From Spirogloea muscicola (Eukaryota): a DNA stretch of 40,267 bases. Positions 11,507 through 23,075 of this stretch are shown here, piece after piece. The notes under the pieces are model-generated. The model did no database searches. It was not told the DNA's origin and saw only the letters and a program-made list of their open reading frames with translations. Where the stretch lies: assembly GCA_009602725.1 (NCBI GenBank), contig WELB01000031.1, forward strand, positions 913,483 through 953,749, written 5' to 3'. Position 1 is the first letter of the stretch. Each line of letters starts with the position of its first letter. The translations under genes and the position numbers were made by a program.

Positions 11507-11959
11507 TGGAAAGGCAAAGCACTAGCGCATCCGCGCAGCGGAAGACAGGCCCTGTGGCGCCGCTGTCCGGCGTCAACTCCACCTCCTTGAGGCGCAGGCC
11601 GGCGCAGCAGGCCCCGCAGCAGAGTGCGTCGGAGACTGCGGCGGTGAGCAGCCGCAAGGCTGCTCCTGGGCTTCACCGGTTCGAACTCCTCCTGTCGAGC
11701 CTCCGCCCCAAGGCTCCTCGTGCTTACCCATGCCACCCCCCCTCCAGGGGTGTGAGCGGGTCGCCCCATGGCCCGCCTTGCGGCGGGCCAAAGATCCTCC
11801 CTTGAACGGGTGGATCCTGGCGAGGGGTATTTCTGGAGGGACGGGGCCCGCCTCTGGGCGGCAAGCCAGCCCGCCACCTGGCGGGGCACTTGTCCCAAAT
11901 GGCCGGTCATGTAATGTCAACAGAGCCGTGTGGCTAAGCCAAACGGCTGGTTCATTACA
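11507..11959 (-). repeat. LTR family A copy (partial)
   Basis: Aligns by eye to 5940-6393 and ends GGTTCATTACA. Confidence 0.88.
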
Positions 11960-12189
11960 GGGTCAGCCCGTAGCTTTTGCGAGTTGCCTGCTTCATCCAG
12001 CAGAGTGCAAATTATACTTCAGGAGAGCAAGAGCTCTTGGCTGTTGTGCACGCCTACATGTGTGGCGCTGCTATCTCGAGGACTTGAATCCGCGGTCGTC
12101 ATGGATCATTGCACGTTTACCTGTTCTCATATGAACAGCATCATCTGAGCCGGCGTCAAGCTCGATTAACAGACAGTATGGCATCATTC
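11960..12189 (+). pseudogene. Gypsy RNase H fragment
   Basis: GQPVAFAS..LHPAE..Y...EQELLAVVHA LHVWRCYLE ... HLSRRQAR, read across frameshifts. Confidence 0.85.
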
Positions 12190-13261
12190 TGTAACCTCCC
12201 CGTCATTATGTGACTCTTAGCTGGGGTAAACGCAAACGTGTAGTAGCAGTGGCGCAGCACAGTATCGATATACTCCCGCGCCCTCCCTGACGCGCGAATG
12301 AGGCTCGCGCGAATGACGCGTGCGCCGCGCGCCACACTGACGCGCGGGTGACGCGCGCGCGACTGACGCGTGCGACGCGCGAGTAATGCGCCGCCTCGGC
12401 GCTGCTGCTGCGCGACCGCCGCGCCGCTCCCAGAAGAGGAGCTGCTCGGCGGCGCCGCCGTACTTGTAGTGGCACGCATGTGACACGTGTGGCTCGCCTG
12501 CGACTCCGCGATGCGCCTGTGACGTAGGGCGGCGCCACTTCCAGAAGGAAGCCGCGTGGCGTGGTTCTCGCGAAGTGCCTGTCCTCATAATCGCTTCCCC
12601 CTTGTCGGGCCCGCCTTTTCGAAGGTGGGCCGTGAGGCGAGCCTCCCAGAGACCTCTGGAAAGGGTGAAACATGAACCACTAGAAGTAGGGCTGAGACCA
12701 GACTCGGGGCACCCGGTCAGGTTCAGGGAAGCCCCGCGAGAGAGAGAGAGGCGCGGCCCTACTGCTGCCTGCTGCCGCAGCTCGTCGACGAGCTTGTTGA
12801 GTTCGGCTGTAGGGTGTTCAGGCACCAACCCACTACACAGGTAAAGCACTAGCGCATCGGCGCAGCGGAAGAGAGGCCCCGTGGCGCGGCCGTCCGGCGG
12901 CGAATCCACCTCCTGGGCGCAGGCCGGCGCAGCAGGCCCCGCAGCAGAGTGCGGCGGCGGCTGCGGCGGCGAGCAAAGGCAAGGCTGCTCCTGGGCTTCA
13001 CCAGTTCGAACTCCTCCAGTCGAGCCTCCGCCCCAAGGCTCCTCGTGCTTCCCCGTGCCACCCCCCCTCCAGGGGTGTGAGCAGGTCGCCCCATGGCCCG
13101 CCTTGCGGCGGGCCAAAGATCCTCCCTTGAACGGGTGGATCCTGGCGAGGGGTATTTCTGGACGGGCGGGGCCCGCACCTGGGCGGGCCACTTGCCCCAA
13201 ATGGCCGGTCATGTCATAACAACAGACCAGTGTGGCGTGACCAAACGGCTGGATCATTACA
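12190..13261. repeat. Chimera of a family-B-like LTR start (plus, from TGTAAC) and a family-A LTR (minus, ~12800-13261)
   Basis: 12190-12790 resembles 4485-5040. 12800-13261 resembles 5900-6393 and ends GATCATTACA. Confidence 0.75.
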
Positions 13262-13584
13262 GGTGGATCCTGGCGAGGGCGACGTCTATCGGCCTGCTAC
13301 CTACTCTGACTTGCACTTACTGACTCGAGGTTACTGAGAGCCCCCTTGCTGCCGTCTTATCAATTGATATCTGCTCATCGCGCCATCCGGCCCCTTCAGC
13401 CCGTGTCATTCTTTTGGGCTAGCCTCTTACAGCCACCGATTATCTGGAAGCGCTGTTTCTGTTACAGGACGGGCGGGGCGCGCACCTGGGGCGGGCCACT
13501 TGCCTGGCAAGCCAGCCCGCCATCTGGTGGGCCACTTGTCTGTTATACGGCTAGCGGTCATGTAACGCTAACAGCACCGTGTGG

Positions 13585-14110
13585 GTTAAGCAGACGGCAG
13601 GCTCGTTTCAATACGGGTCAGGATCTAACACATTCCGTTTCCAGTTGTTGTACCGCCCTGGAAGATTGAGTGTCGCGGACTCGGTGAGCAGCCACATTGC
13701 AGGGGCTGCTCAGGTGGCTGCCTTGTGCACTTTAGAAATCCACGCGGACGTGCGTAATACTCGTGGCGTCTCTTGGCAACCTATCTCCAACCTCTCTGAG
13801 GTGTACGTGCGAACACATAACGGGTATGGCACAGACCCCGCTTTGCTGTTGCATCCCATGTACGCATGGTCAATGATGACGATGATTTTCACTTGGCAAT
13901 GTGACACCATCTTAGTTCGGAACTGCAATGCTCCACACTAGGCTCATGCAGGAGTTGCATTCGATGGCCTGCAGTGGTCATCTGGGTGTTGGAAAGACCA
14001 AAGAAGGCAGTAAAGCCGTATGTTTTGGTGGCCAGCTTGTTCGGCCCAAGTACACACCTTTGTACAGAGTTGTGACACGTGCCAGCGTATGTCTGCCTGA
14101 ACCAGATTAC
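13585..14110 (+). pseudogene. RNase H end and integrase HHCC zinc-binding domain
   Basis: FQLLYRPGRLSVADSVS; LMQELHSMACSGHLGVGKT...FWWP...VQSCDTCQR. Confidence 0.82.
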
Positions 14111-15759
14111 TGCTGAAGGAGATCACAATGCATCGAACGAGGCATGCCTCCCAACAAGTATGTCATTTTCGTAACGTCGTGTGTCTGCTGTTTGCAGCAA
14201 GCTTATGCTCATGCTTTGCACCGGAAAGAGAAGCTCGACTGAAGAGTCGCTCTCCCAAAGGGGCCAAGGGCTATGACCAGGAAAGTGATAAAGCTTCAGC
14301 TGGGGGCCAGAAGGGCTTGTCATTTGCCGTCCAGTTTATTGGCATCAGCTAGCAACCTCTACGTGCTGACTCGTGGAGACCGAGGGGGTCAGCTTAGCAG
14401 CAGCGCATGCACATCTGTCGATGTGCTTGCTTTTCTGCTTGACCACTCAAGCCCTCCACCACTCTACAAACGCTCCAGCGCCTCCAGGGTTTCTAAAGTC
14501 ACCGAGGTAAGAAGGAACAGCTCTTCCAGGATAAGGTGATGAATGTGCAAGGCCAAGCGACAGGGATGGACAAGGTCTGAGAAGGCTCGCCCCGTGAGGA
14601 GCGTGCATGACGAGGGAGCACGTCGGATACTTGCAGCTGGAAACGAGTCACTTCGACGACACTCAGAAGCAGCAGCCAAAGTGCCTGCCCCCGGATGCAG
14701 TCCATGAGCCTGGCGCTGCACGCGGAAAACCTGGGCAATCGACCCGGCAGCATCGAAGCCGTGCCAGTTCACCTTGCTGTGTGACACGATTGATTGCCCG
14801 CTGTGCAAGCCGCTGCAGGAGTAAGCAGCAGGGTCCTGTCACCGACTGCCCCCCGGCCTGTCCGCCACCACCGAGGTCAGCAGCAAAGTAACGAGGACCA
14901 CCGACCACCGTAACATCCTTAGATGTGTAGGCCAGTAAGCAGAACGCACGCCCGGCACATCAGTCCCGGTGACTTCATTAACCTTCTTTTGCTCGGCCAG
15001 CTTTGCACAGCCGGTCTCGAAAGTGAAGGCCGTTCTTTCGGAAGTCATTGGTGAATAAAACGTCCACGGGAGCCGTTCACCACCTCCAGACGCCGCCCAC
15101 CAGGTCAAACGCCTCGTGTAATGGACAGGATGCAGAATTTGACGACCAGCCCCGGTGCTCTTCCAAGCCTCAAAGCCAATGGAAGAATGTTCATTCAAAG
15201 GGGCTGTGAAAAAGTCGATCATGTCAGAGGGGAAAGGGTAGAATATGACGAAGCACATTAGGCTTCTAGACGTCGTACTAGATGCTGTAGTGACAAAAGC
15301 CAGCCCGAAAAAATGTACAAGATCCAGAGGACCGAGATGCACTGAAACACAACTGAAGAAACCTATTTCAATCCAATCCCTGCATGACGTCATGCATAGC
15401 ATCACGCAGGAGGATGTGGTAGCGCGTGCGCTGACTGTAATGTTCCCACCAGTTGTGAGCGCTAACAGCGCTGTTCACAGTTACACGAGTGGAGACGCAC
15501 GGTACTAGCCGTTTCGGCACCATTCCGTTCTATCGCGATCTGGTTCTGCCATGTGGCTACAGGTGGGTCCCACCCAAGAGCGTAGGTGGCTCCAGGTGGG
15601 TCAGTTTCGCCCGTGCTAGACGCCGCTTCATGTCGCAGTAGTTGTGCAACCAAAGCGCCGCTGCGTGCCTCCAGCGATTGAAAGCGGATGCGCCACTTGG
15701 TGTAGCGCACCGGCACAAATCCCCATTCGTCCGGTACTACCCTCGGGTAGGCCAAGGGG

Positions 15760-16138
15760 CGACCTCCACACACCCAAGGAGAGGGAGGCACGGAGGAGCA
15801 CTACAAGGGTCTGGCCTCGACCCGGCTGAGGGAGTTCGGACTTCGAAGCCAGACAGAGGCGCAGCCCTGCTGCTGCTTGCTGTCGCAGCAGCGCCGGCAG
15901 ACTGCTATCGGGGTGCTGCGAGGCGACCTTGGCTGGTCCTTGGTGGACTAGCTGCAGGCTGGTACCCAGGATGTGAAAACGCTGCCTGACGACAGCGCCA
16001 CAGGGCGAAGACTTTCGCTGCGCTGACGCACGAGTGCTTCTTCCTGTAGGAGGTTTGCTCCGAAACCCCCCATGTCCCAAATTAACAGGGCATTAACCTG
16101 ACACCCTAATTGCCTGTGTACAGGGTCGGGTCGTTACA
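15760..16138 (+). repeat. 3' part of a family-B-like LTR
   Basis: Shares GAAGACTTTCGCTG and GAAACCCCC blocks with 4900-5292 and ends GTCGTTACA. Confidence 0.65.
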
Positions 16139-16624
16139 CTGACTGCCTTTGAAACGTCTGAGCAGGCGGCCGCCAGATTTCACTGTTTTTTCCTCAATGT
16201 TGGCACATGTCCTCCAATGAATGCTGCAGACTGACAAACCCGGGCTGTCAGTGAAGCATAAAGAGAGCGGAAGGCAATGAAATGGCTGCAACGCCTAAAT
16301 TGGCAACCCATACTGCGGAGGGAAAGGTCCATGACTCCGAGTAGTGAGTCCCTTATCTCGGGAATGCTGGTGAATTCCTAGCTCGCCAGAGAGCTGGGTC
16401 TTACTGTCAGGATCAATTAATAATAAAGCTCGACGGACTCCGGGTCTCCCCGCCAGTGGCCCTACTGGCCCGCATGGGACCGGACTAGGCAGGCTCGAAG
16501 GTGTTGGGAAGTGCAAGATCTGCCTGCGCTCTAGTGTGAAGACCTGGGCCCAGACCGCGTGGGAAGCTCGTGGGTCTATGCGGAGATCGCGTGGGGGGGA
16601 TGAGCTGGGTCGGCCTGGCCGGCA

Positions 16625-16975
16625 GATAAAGTGAAGTGCTCGCCCATAGAGGATAGGGGCTGGGAACGGCCAGCCCAAAAGGAATGAACAAGATTCGAAG
16701 GGACAGGGGGATGCGCAAAAACCAAGCACAATCACAATTAAGCAGCTACGAATTACTCAGTAAACCCTGCTAAGCAGCCGCAGGTCAGAGAAACTGGGCT
16801 CCTGGTAGCGGGTCCCCTGGCTAGGGCCAATAAGCAGGCCTGGCCGACCCAGCTCTGATCTGGTAGCCAGCGTAGGGGACCCATGCTATCCATGCACGCT
16901 GACACTAACCAAACTTTCCGAATCCAAAGCGCTAGACGTCGTCTAAAACTGTCAGCGCTACAGCGCAGCTCCACA
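16625..16975 (-). mobile_element. 3' stub of RLE non-LTR element with complete 3' UTR
   Basis: FRRRLALW... then SDLRLLSRVY*-type end and UTR TTCATTCCTTTTGGGCTGGCCGTTCCCAGCCCCTATCCTCTATGGGCGAGCACTTCACTTT. Confidence 0.65.
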
Positions 16976-17117
16976 AGGACAATCAGATCCGACCGTATGG
17001 AGATAACAGTCGAGAATTGACATAGTACACTCTGTCCGACTCTCCCACACTAGCAAGCATGGGTCTGGAGCATCTACTTGCTACCCTCAAACTGATTACC
17101 ACTGGCCACAAGCTGAC

Positions 17118-17463
17118 TTTGTACACCCACTTGTAACCCAGCGCCTTCCTGCGCTTCGGCAGATCCATCAGCTCCCACTGCTCCGCAGGGTACATAACTC
17201 TGGACATTGACTTGAAGCCAATCGCCTTCTTGCGCTACTGCTAAATTTTCAGCTCTCACGGCTCCGCAGGGTACCTGACCTTGTACAGACCCACTTGCAG
17301 CCAATTGCCTTCTTGCGCTTCGGCTGGTCCACCAGCTCCCACTGTTTTGCAGGGTACCTGATTCTGGACACCCATTGGAGCCAACTGCCTTCTTGCGCTT
17401 TGGCTGATCCATCAGCTTCCATTGCTCAGCAGGATACCTGACTCTATACACCCACTTGCAGCC
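17118..17463 (-). repeat. About 4.3 tandem copies of an ~81-bp unit derived from the start of Ty1/Copia RT
   Basis: Units encode variants of QWELMDLPKRRKALGYKWVYKV (Copia consensus WELVDLPxGRKAIGCKWVYKxK). Confidence 0.8.
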
Positions 17464-18569
17464 TGTGGCCTTCTCCCGCTAGTGCACTCCTCAACACCTG
17501 TGGCCTTCTCCCGCTAGTGCACTCCTCAACACCGAGCCCGCCTAGTCCGGTCGCTCCCAAGTCGCCGCAGCCTCAATGGCCACCGATGCCGCCGCCGCTG
17601 TGCCGCCATGGCATGGGGCATTTGCAATATGATATCAGAGGATTGGTAGGCGGCACGATAACTTCAAGGCGTAGGACTGGCGGACGTGGCGGTGCAAGGT
17701 GGAGGGGACAATGCAGGCGTATCGACTGTGTGGCGTCATCTCGGAGGTGATGACGCCCCACAGACGGTACGCCTGCAATGCCCAAGTCGGAGGCAGCAGA
17801 TTCAACTCAAGCATGCGTTCCTCGCTGCGCCATGTCGTGCCTGCGCGTATGGCGCTCACTACGCGTCGAGGAGCCACACCTGGAGAAGTCCACCTACAGG
17901 CCAGGACTCTGCCTGACTAACGGCTAGAGATAGCGTCGGATAGAGGCAGTCGAGCGGGCCGCAGAGCCCCGAGGCGCAGGGCGCCAAGTCCTTGTATGTA
18001 CTGCCTTGACCACCCCTCGCGGGGTGGACTCTTCAGAGATTGGACGGCGGAGAGAGGCTATCTCTCTGCAAGCCCCCCGTTGGAGAAAGTCCGAGCGCCG
18101 CCGCCACCGCAGCCAACGCTCCAGGCCAGGGTGGCCAGGGGGCGGCGAGAGATCCACCGGCGGGGGGAGCACGCAGGTGGCGCGAGATTGGAGGCGGTGG
18201 TCGCAGCGACGAGGAGAGCCCAGGCCGGGCAGACCCTCCGGGAGAGGCCATCTGACTCGCGGAGAGGCCGCGCGCACATCGGGTGAGCAGGGCTTGGATC
18301 TTATCTGGATGCCCAAACGGAGCCGCGCACGCTACTCGCTCTCGCCGGCGGACTGGCGGCGCAACGAGGCGGATCCGCAGCCGGACAGGCCGGAGGCCGG
18401 TTCGGTGAGCAGCGACAGCGACTGCGAGGACAGTGTGCCCTTCTTGAGCGCGGAGAGCGGTCCCGGCATGGACCAGGAAAGAGGCTGCGGCGGCAGCAGG
18501 GAAGCGCTACACAGGGAGGTCGGATGGGACCTCCCTGGTGGAGCTCCAGATGAGGGTGGAGGCGTCCCC

Positions 18570-20101
18570 GCAGAAGAGTGCGGCGTCGGCTGCGGCGGCG
18601 AGCAGCGGCAAGGCTGCTCCTGGGCTTCCCGGGCTCGAATTCCTGTCGAGCCTCAGCCCCCAAGGCTCCTCGTGCTTCCCTGTGCCACCCCACCTCCAGG
18701 GGTGTGAGCGGGTCGCCCCATGGCCCGCCTTGCGGCAGGCCAAAGGTCCTCCCTTGAACGGGTAGATCCTGGCGAGAGTAATTTGGGACGGGCGGGGCCC
18801 GCCTCTGGGCGGGCCCTTTGCCCGGCCAGCCAGCCCGCCACCTGGCGGGCCACTTAGCCCAAATAGTCGATTATGTAATGACAACGGAGCCGTGTGGCTA
18901 AATCAAACGGCCGGTTCAGTACATACCTCCCCACTCTGGTGTTCACGTTCTCGGGAACAACGAGAGAACAGCCGACAGGTATTAAGATGCCCGACGGCTG
19001 CTGCCTCTACCAAGCCTAGGAGAATTACCACCTTTGGCCAGGTATTCCCTGAGAACATCTGGACAATTTGCCAAATTAGCCGCAGGCTCCCACGTGTTGT
19101 GCTCAGGCCAATACCCGAGCCACTTTACCAGATACTCACGGGTCTTACGTCCTCGGAGCTTGTCCCTGTGAGAGGCTTGGAGAAGCCAGCTGAGGATGGG
19201 ATGGTTGCTTTCGCCTCGGCGATAAGAACCACCTCATCTAAGTCTTATGAGTCTGGTGAAGTGGCTCGGGTATGGGCCTGAGCACATCACGTGGAGCCTG
19301 CGGCCAATCTGGCACATTGTCCGCCTGCTCTTTTGGAACACTTGGCTAAGGGTGGTGACTCCCTAGGCTTGGTCGAGGCCGCATTCGTCGGCCGTAAAAC
19401 CTGTCGGCTGTTCTCTCATTGTGCCCGAGGACGTGAACAATAGAGTGGGGATGTATGTAACGAGCCGTTTGGTTATGCCACACGGTGCTGTTAGCGTTAC
19501 ATGACCGCTAGCCATTTCAGCGGGCCCGCCCAGGTGCGGGCAACTCCCGCCAATCCTGGACTGACCCTTGCCAGGTTCCACCCTGCCAAGGTGGGGACCT
19601 TGGGCCCGCCGCAAGGGCAGGCCTTTGGGCGACCCGCTCACACCCCTGGAGGGGGGGGGTGGCACGGGGGAAGCACTACGAGCCTTGAGCCGAGACCTGA
19701 CCTGACATCAGTTTGGACCGGCAAAGCCCAGGAGCAGCCTTGCCGCTGCTCGCCGCCACAGCCGCCGCCGCAGCCTGCTGCGGGGCTCGCTGCGGGGAGT
19801 CCGTGGCTGCGCCCGTTGAGGGCCAATTGCTGGCTCGCGCCCAGGAGGTGGGGTCGCCGCCGGACGGCGGCGCCTCAGGGCCTGTCTTCCGCTGCACTAG
19901 GCGCTAGTGCTTTGCCGTGTAGTGGGTGGATCCCTAAATCCTCTACAGCCGAACTTAACAAGGACGACTCACCCTAATTGCGTGTGTTGGGGCAAGTTCA
20001 CTACAGGCGGGGCCCGCACCTGGCGGGACACTTGTCCCAAATGGCCGGTCATGTAATGCCAACAGAGCCGTGTGGCTTAATCAAATAGCTGGTTCATCAC
20101 A
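18570..20101. mobile_element. Two chromovirus 3' ends joined back to back (LTR-PPT-chromodomain, then chromodomain-PPT-LTR), plus a further LTR-A tip
   Basis: 18570-19171 matches ~110-697 (minus). 19172-19455 is a diverged plus-strand chromodomain end plus PPT. LTR 19456-20005 runs TGTAACG...CTACA. 20006-20101 is an LTR-A terminus. Confidence 0.85.
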
Positions 20102-20249
20102 ATGCGCCTCGCAGCAAAAGAGAAGCCTGTCGCGTATCGGCGGCTGAGGAGGGTTCCTGAGGATAGGGACGCCGGCCAAGCAGGAGCGCCTGCTGGTTGA
20201 CCCCATCGGTCATTTCTGTCAGCTGCTGGCAAGGCCGTTTAAGAGTGAC

Positions 20250-21350
20250 ACGGCCGCCAAGGTGGCGGAGCTCGTCAACTTCCGGCGGCTGCCCAGGAGG
20301 ACGTGATGGTCATGGCCCAACGCATGAAGCAGCTGCGGCGGGACACTGGGAGGATGACGGAGGTCGACGGAGCGCAGAAGTCCTGGAGGCGCTGGGTGGA
20401 TGCAAGAAGGGCGCCTGGCTGGAGCAGCAGGTCTTCACCGCCTACGGCAGCAACTTCACCATTGACCAGGGGGCCGAGCTCGCGGGCGAGGTGAAGCGCC
20501 ACTTCGTGAGGAAGGCGGTGGAGGTGGCGGTGTAGGCGAAGGGCGAAGTGAGGCGGGCTGCCCAGCCTCGACAGTGGTCGGTGTCCCTGCCCTGGCAGTG
20601 GCGGGAGCCTACCAAGCCGTCCGCAGCTTGGCGGCAGCGGTCGTGCCAGCGGGGCCGGCTCGGGCCATTCAATGTTACACCTGCGGCCAGCCGGGGCATG
20701 TCCGGCGGGACTGACTGCCCAAGGGGGGCCGGCATGCGGCGCCCGCACTGCGGCAAGGCGGGCCACGGCGCGGACGCATGTTGGACCCTCCACCCCGAGC
20801 AGCGGCCGGCGCACCTGCAGGCGCATGCGGCGCTCCAGGCGGCCAGGCCGCGGCGGCTGCACAAGGGAGGGATGGGCAGGCGCCAGCTGCCGCCCAGGCC
20901 AGCTCATCAAGCACCGAGGTGGAGCTGGTGAAGAGAGAGCTGAGGGAGTTGCAGGCCACGATAGTGGCCAAAGCTGCGGTGGCGCAGTGGATCGGAGGCG
21001 GAGAGATGACGAGGCGGCGGACCACCACCTTCGCAACGGCTTGGGGGTAGAGGTGGTGGACGCTGGGATGGCGGGACGGCATGGGCACGGCAGCCGCCAG
21101 CCGACAGGGAGCGCGGATCGCCTGGCGGGCGAGGAACACGGCCGGAGGAGCAGGGCACTTGCTACCCGTTGTCCTTGGCACGGGTGGTGGAGGGGGCGGC
21201 GGACGGCCCAGCGGCGGTCTACTCGCAGCCCGCGGTGGCCCGGGCAGGCGCAGGGTGCGTCACCGCACATCGTTCGACGGCCGCGCTCATGAGCACGCCG
21301 CTGCCGTCATTGGCGGAGGTGGGCTGCTCGGAGGCGATGCTTCGGAAGGC
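20250..21350 (+). pseudogene. Gag-like region with zinc knuckle (DNMT-Gypsy)
   Basis: (C>R)PHCGKAGHGADACWTLHPE at ~20740-20800. The downstream part is repeated at ~23110-23520. Confidence 0.65.
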
Positions 21351-21659
21351 GCTGCAGCAGCACCCTCTGGGCATGCTGGAGGGCGACGTGACGGGTTCGA
21401 GTGAGCCACCTCAGGCCGCGCGGGGGGCGGACACCCCGACCACCTCCACCATCAGTGGGTCTTCCTAAGGGGGCCCCTGCAGGTCGCTTCAACCTGAGCC
21501 TGGGGTGGAGGAAGCAAATGTACTGCCTGACCAGTTGCTGCGGCGTTCCCTGGCACAGAGCCAGCGGCAGTGGCGCAGTTGCATGCACCCAGCACTCGCG
21601 TTTTGGGGGCTGCCCATGCAGGGGGAAGCCCGTCAATTTCCAAGCGGCGGGTGGCGGAG

Positions 21660-21790
21660 CGCGTGAGGGTCATCCCCAATGTGGCGCTGTTGGCGAATGA
21701 AGGTGGCTGTATCACCTTCGACGGGAAGGCGCCACAGCGCGTAAAATTGGATACCGGCGCGCAGCCGGTGCTGCTGGGCCGCAGCATGTC
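21660..21790 (+). pseudogene. Aspartic protease, N-terminal half
   Basis: PQRVKLDTGAQPVLLG (DTG at 21750-21758). The C-terminal half (AQDLQPS...YDVLLG) is at 24165-24365. Confidence 0.8.
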
Positions 21791-22420
21791 GCGACTGCAG
21801 GTCCTGCGCGTGCAGCCTCATTTTACGCGCTGTGGCGCTTTCCCGTTGAAGGTTATACAGCCACCTTCATTCGCCACCAGCGCCACGTTGGGGATGACCC
21901 CACGCGCTCCGCCACCCGCCGCTTGGGAAGCGACGGGCTCCCCCCTGCATGGACAGTTCCCGAGACGCGAGTGCTCGGTGCATGCAACTGCGTCACAGCC
22001 GCCGGCTCCGCAGCAGGGGTTGCCGCAGCAACTGGTGCAGGCAGTACATCCACTTCCTCCACCCCAGGGCATTCAATGCGTGCAGGCTCAGCTTGAGGCG
22101 ACCTGCAGGGGCCCCTTTCGGAAGCCCCATAACTATTAGAGGTGGTCGGATGGTCCGCCCCCTGGGTGGGCTTAGGTGGGTCCACTCGGACCCGCCACGT
22201 CGCCCTCCAGCATGCCCGGAAGGTGCTGCTGCAGCACCTTCCGAGGCATCGCCTCCGCGCAGGCCAACGTTCCAGGTCAGGTTGGCCAGAGGGCCAGAGC
22301 GGCGAGACATCCCCCGGCGGGGTGACCACGCGGGAGTGAGTGGGAGGCGCAGGAGGCGCACGCCAGGCCAGGGCAGGTCAGGCCAGGATAGAACCTTGAC
22401 TTGCGAAGAGATAGGTGCGG

Positions 22421-22600
22421 TGTGGTGATGCTTCTTGCCACTTCTTGCCACTGGTGATGCTTCTTTGCATGTTTGCTCAGTTGGTAGTGAGGCCATGCAG
22501 GGCAGGCTGCTGCTACCCAAGCAGAGTCCTGGCCTGTAGGCGGAGTGCCAGGTGTGGCACCTCGACGCATTGTGAGCGCTATACGGTCAAGCACGGCACC
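22421..22600 (+). repeat. LTR family C fragment (LTR of the DNMT-Gypsy element)
   Basis: Starts TGTGGTGA and matches 26685-26850. A further inverted piece lies at ~17830-17912. Confidence 0.7.
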
Positions 22601-22609
22601 GTCCGCTCC

Positions 22610-23075
22610 CCTCCCCGTAGGTGTACAACCTGGCAGAGGCTCACAACCCTTGGTTGATGAGGTTGTGACGGAGGCGTACAAGAGTTCCGCATCGACTCAC
22701 ATCGCTGGCTACGCAGTAAAAGGTGCAGAGCAGAGAAAGCTCCTACACTGCCCTGACTACCCCTGCAGTGATGACCTCCTACCAGCTGCAATCGAGACTT
22801 TCAGCTGCATGGTTCTCGCTTCCATACCCTACTTGAGAATATTGCAAGTCTGGAACATGCTCAACGTGAGGATCTGCTTCCAGCTCAGATGGGCATGCCG
22901 GCAGCCTACTTGTCATTCTTGCGACGTCGAGTGTCAGCTGGTCTGCAGCGGGCTCATGCGTTGCATCATAAAGCTGGTCGAGCTTTAGCTGGTAGCTCAA
23001 GAGCTTGTCGATTGCCGTCCGGTAGTCGGGCATCACTTAGCGACCTTCCTGTGCTGACTCGTAATTACTGAGCGG
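22610..23075 (+). mobile_element. RLE endonuclease C-terminal region of a CRE-like non-LTR element (decayed)
   Basis: LVDEVVTE...GYAVKGAEQRKLLH...PAAIETF...FLRRRVSAGLQRAHA...SDLPVLTRNY*, which fits the D-V...AExxK...ETFG...SVxLQR pattern. Confidence 0.75.

Larger units (their letters stand above)
6680..14110 (+). mobile_element. Second degenerate Ty3/Gypsy element (element B) with nested insertions and an internal inversion
   Basis: Family-B LTR end (GTCACA at 7105) plus degenerate PBS (TGCTTTCAGAG), gag at 7698, protease ~9100, RT (inverted), RNase H at 11960, integrase HHCC ~13950-14090. Confidence 0.75.
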
